Origin: Verrucomicrobia bacterium UBA6775
Lineage (GTDB): Bacteria; Verrucomicrobiota; Verrucomicrobiia; Limisphaerales; UBA1096
NCBI GenBank assembly: GCA_002453165.1
Contig: DKGH01000136.1
Coordinates: forward strand, 1,522 to 57,321
DNA length: 55,800 bases
Direction of reading: 5' to 3'
Program-made: the position numbers and the translations under genes
Shown: in pieces, positions 53,325 to 55,800 of the stretch
Position numbering within the stretch: position 1 is the stretch's first letter
How the letters are laid out: each line of letters opens with the position of its first letter
Notes under the pieces: generated by a model
The model's database searches: none
What the model saw: only the letters and a program-made list of their open reading frames with translations
What the model was told of the DNA's origin: nothing

Positions 53325-54728
53325 CTAGTTTGACGCCTCCTCTTTTTGCTGGTTGGCCAAACTGGCCTCGTCTTCAGCACCTTTCTTCACAAAGTCATCG
53401 CGGAACTTGTCAACGAAACTCAGCACAGGCCAAGCGCATGCCTCACCAAACGCACAGATTGTCCGCCCCTGGATGTTGTGCGCGATGTGCTTGAGATAAT
53501 CCGCATCGGCCTTACGCGCTTGGCCGCTGCGCATGCGCTTGAGCGCCTTAGCCATCCAGAGCGAACCTTCGCGGCAAGGTGTACATTGGCCGCAACTCTC
53601 GTGCGCATAAAAATCAGACAAATTGCCAAGAGCTTCAACTATATCAACCGAGTCATCGATCACTATGATCGCGCTCGATCCAGACATTGACCCGCATTTC
53701 ATGAGCGTGTCGAAGTCGTAGGGAATATCCAGCAGTTCGAGTTTTTCTTCGACGTCCTTTCCCTGTTTGTCCTTGGCCTTGATCTTGAAGGACTCGCCAG
53801 CCTTAAATACTTTTGATGAGGAGCCGCCGGGTATAATCGCCTGCAACTTTCTCCCGGGGAGCAAGCCTTGGCCAAACTCCTCGCCATGGATTAAATCGCC
53901 GAGAGTAGCCTTACCAACTTCGATCTCATAATATCCGGGGCGCTTAACCTGTCCGCTAAGGCTAACTATGCGCGTGCCTGTATTACCTGGAGTACCAAGC
54001 GCGGCGTAGGTTTCCCCTCCCATCTCCATCACGTGCCGAACATTGCAAAGAGTCTCAACATTGTTAACTATGGTCGGACACATGTAAAGACCAAGTGCAG
54101 CGGGGAAGTACGGGGGCTTGATCCTGGGATAGGGCCGCTTGCCTTCCAAAGACTCGATCAAACTGGTTTCTTCACCACAAATATACGCGCCCGCACCGCG
54201 ATGCACATGAATCTCGAGGTTAAATTTGGTTCCACAAATACCTTCACCCAAATAACCGGCATCACGTGCCTCCTGTATCGCCCGGTTCAGGATCTTCGCA
54301 CCCTCGGGAAATTCGCCGCGAATGTATATGTAGGCTAAGTTGATATCGTTGGCGTAGCATGCGATCACCATGCCCTCAATTAGCTGATGAGGGTCCTTAT
54401 GAATGATTTGACGATCCTTGAAAGTGCCTGGCTCAGACTCATCAGCATTACAGAGCAGATAGATCGGTTTGCCTGACTTGCGATTCACGAAGTTCCACTT
54501 CATGCCGGCGGAAAAACCGGCTCCACCCCGGCCCCGCAGCCCGGAAGTCAGAACTTCCTTGCGAATCACCTCCTGCGGAGTAACAGTGCCATCCTTGGTT
54601 TTCTTCGCCTTAAGCTTAAAAACCTTTTTCATGGTTTTGTAACCGCCGTGCTTTTGGTAACACTTGATATCGTTCGTGTACCCCGCCTCGTCGACGTGCC
54701 TCAAAACCAGTTTGTATTCGCTTGGCAT
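53325..54728 (-). CDS. nuoF: NADH-quinone oxidoreductase subunit F
   Basis: GLRGRGGAGFSAGMKW, the FMN/NADH site GEETSLIESLEG, and ESCGQCTPCREG. Confidence 0.95.
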   Translation of the reverse strand: MPSEYKLVLRHVDEAGYTNDIKCYQKHGGYKTMKKVFKLKAKKTKDGTVTPQEVIRKEVLTSGLRGRGGAGFSAGMKWNFVNRKSGKPIYLLCNADESEPGTFKDRQIIHKDPHQLIEGMVIACYANDINLAYIYIRGEFPEGAKILNRAIQEARDAGYLGEGICGTKFNLEIHVHRGAGAYICGEETSLIESLEGKRPYPRIKPPYFPAALGLYMCPTIVNNVETLCNVRHVMEMGGETYAALGTPGNTGTRIVSLSGQVKRPGYYEIEVGKATLGDLIHGEEFGQGLLPGRKLQAIIPGGSSSKVFKAGESFKIKAKDKQGKDVEEKLELLDIPYDFDTLMKCGSMSGSSAIIVIDDSVDIVEALGNLSDFYAHESCGQCTPCREGSLWMAKALKRMRSGQARKADADYLKHIAHNIQGRTICAFGEACAWPVLSFVDKFRDDFVKKGAEDEASLANQQKEEASN

Positions 54729-54781
54729 CTGCTTTCGCCTTGACTCCTAACCCTAAATCAATCTTTATCCCGCGACGGCGC

Positions 54782-54855
54782 TGCCGAATGGTGTAACGGT
54801 AGCACGAGTGACTCTGACTCACTTTGTCTAGGTTCGAATCCTAGTTCGGCAACCA
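54782..54855 (+). tRNA. tRNA-Gln (anticodon CTG), CCA encoded
   Basis: Hand-folded cloverleaf. The acceptor stem is TGCCGAA/TTCGGCA. The D arm is GTGT-AACGGTA-GCAC. The anticodon arm is AGTGA-CTCTGAC-TCACT. The variable region is TTGT and the T arm is CTAGG-TTCGAAT-CCTAG. The discriminator is A, followed by CCA. Confidence 0.85.
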
Positions 54856-54858
54856 TCT

Positions 54859-55356
54859 TCATGCGTCGTATTTCTTCAGGATCTCCTCCGATGCCTCGTT
54901 GGAGACGGCTTCGTAAAAATCATCGTTGCACATCATCACCGGCCCCGTGCCGCAACTGGCCAGGCACTCGGCAAATTCGACACCGAACTTGCCGTCCCTC
55001 GTCCGCTGCAGGCCATGACCATTTTTATCCAAGCCAAGCTTGTCGCAGATGTGCCCGTGCAACTTGTGGCTCCCCGCCAACGCACAACTCAGCGTCCGGC
55101 AAACACGCACTACGGTCTTACCGGGATCGTGCTCGCGTAACATTGGGTAAAAAGTAACCAACTCGTGGATGTTGATCGGCTTCAGTCCCAACTTCTCAGC
55201 AGCCCACACTTCAGCCTCCTTGGAGATGTAGCCAAACTCTTCCTGGATAGCATGCAACACCATCAATGAAGCGCTTCGTTTTTCCGGATAGTTTTTGACC
55301 AAGCGATTCGCTTCTCTATCAATTGTCTTAGTAACCTTAAAACTCATCGATCGCAT
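54859..55356 (-). CDS. nuoE: NADH-quinone oxidoreductase subunit E (2Fe-2S)
   Basis: [18 protein letters not shown] and the cysteines in [11 protein letters not shown] ... [12 protein letters not shown]. Confidence 0.9.
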   Translation of the reverse strand: MRSMSFKVTKTIDREANRLVKNYPEKRSASLMVLHAIQEEFGYISKEAEVWAAEKLGLKPINIHELVTFYPMLREHDPGKTVVRVCRTLSCALAGSHKLHGHICDKLGLDKNGHGLQRTRDGKFGVEFAECLASCGTGPVMMCNDDFYEAVSNEASEEILKKYDA

Positions 55357-55800
55357 TCCCCCATCACGAAATCTAATGATCCAAGAATCGCGACGATATC
55401 GCTCATCATATGGCCGGGGAGCATGTGCTCTAATATAGATAGATTCACAAAAGATGGAGCTCTTATCTTCATTCTGTAAGGAACACCACCCCCTTTGCTA
55501 TTAATGTAAAAACCTAATTCGCCTTTTGGGTTTTCAGCTCCAAAGTATATTTCACCAACAGGGGCGTTTTGCCCCTGAGTAACTAGCATAAATTGGTGAA
55601 TTAATTCCTCCATGCTAGATAGAACTTTTTGTTTATCAGGCAATACAATTTTACCATCATCAATATTAATCGGGCCTTTTGGCAACTTAGCTAGACATTG
55701 ATCGAGGATACGGACACTCTGCCGCATCTCTTCCATTCTGATAAGATAACGATCGTAACAGTCCCCAACTTCACCATAGGGTATGTCGAAATCTAATTGG
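55344..55800 (-). CDS. nuoD: NADH-quinone oxidoreductase subunit D (partial; N-terminus beyond window edge)
   Basis: The C-terminal block [39 protein letters not shown] ... [13 protein letters not shown]. The frame stays open to the window end. Confidence 0.85.
   Translation of the reverse strand, partial: QLDFDIPYGEVGDCYDRYLIRMEEMRQSVRILDQCLAKLPKGPINIDDGKIVLPDKQKVLSSMEELIHQFMLVTQGQNAPVGEIYFGAENPKGELGFYINSKGGGVPYRMKIRAPSFVNLSILEHMLPGHMMSDIVAILGSLDFVMGECDR

Noticed and set aside
54782-54855. Reading the tRNA on the minus strand (co-oriented with nuo) as a tRNA-Leu(CAG).
   Set aside because: In the reverse orientation there is no GG-containing D-loop, no T-psi-C loop in the right place, no long variable arm expected for tRNA-Leu, and no 3' CCA. 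The plus-strand fold is a complete canonical cloverleaf.

Overview
This 55.8 kb chromosomal window has the gene content of a PVC-group bacterium, most likely Verrucomicrobiota. That taxonomic call is inference from Tat-signal Gfo/Idh/MocA, DUF1080, a sialate O-acetylesterase-like protein and a roughly 660 aa GreA homologue. The backbone is about 55-65 % GC by hand counts and is almost entirely housekeeping. It carries apt, a sigma-70 factor, guaB, recG, ispF, cysE, rsmB, rpmI-rplT-pheS, prs-ctc-pth-rpsF-ssb-rplI, carA, pgk-tpiA-secG, dprA and a nuoD-to-nuoN complex I operon.

The observations that stand out are:
1. A perfect 14-bp palindrome, CGCTTGGCCAAGCG, is hugely over-represented. I count 14 exact copies and about 38 copies of the 10-bp core. 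It occurs in intergenic DNA, as 24-25 bp tandem dimers right after stop codons, in divergent promoter regions, and inside CDSs in all three reading frames. It resembles HIP1, REP or DNA-uptake-sequence elements.
2. A roughly 5 kb low-GC island (about 32-40 % GC) encodes a HlyD-adaptor/ABC/2xFtsX exporter. The adaptor ends in an EF-hand loop plus GSGRP repeats. The island is essentially palindrome-free and is bounded on the right by a palindrome dimer.
3. The nuo operon is compositionally mosaic. It also carries a tRNA-Gln(CTG) gene on the opposite strand between nuoE and nuoF.
4. Two genes carry in-frame TAA stops: the sigma factor (region 4.2) and a small lipoprotein gene. A VOC-family gene is decayed.
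5. An untracked 50-aa His-rich lipoprotein ORF lies between the island and an orphan GAF-GAF histidine kinase.

I found no CRISPR array, transposase, integrase or recognisable defence system.
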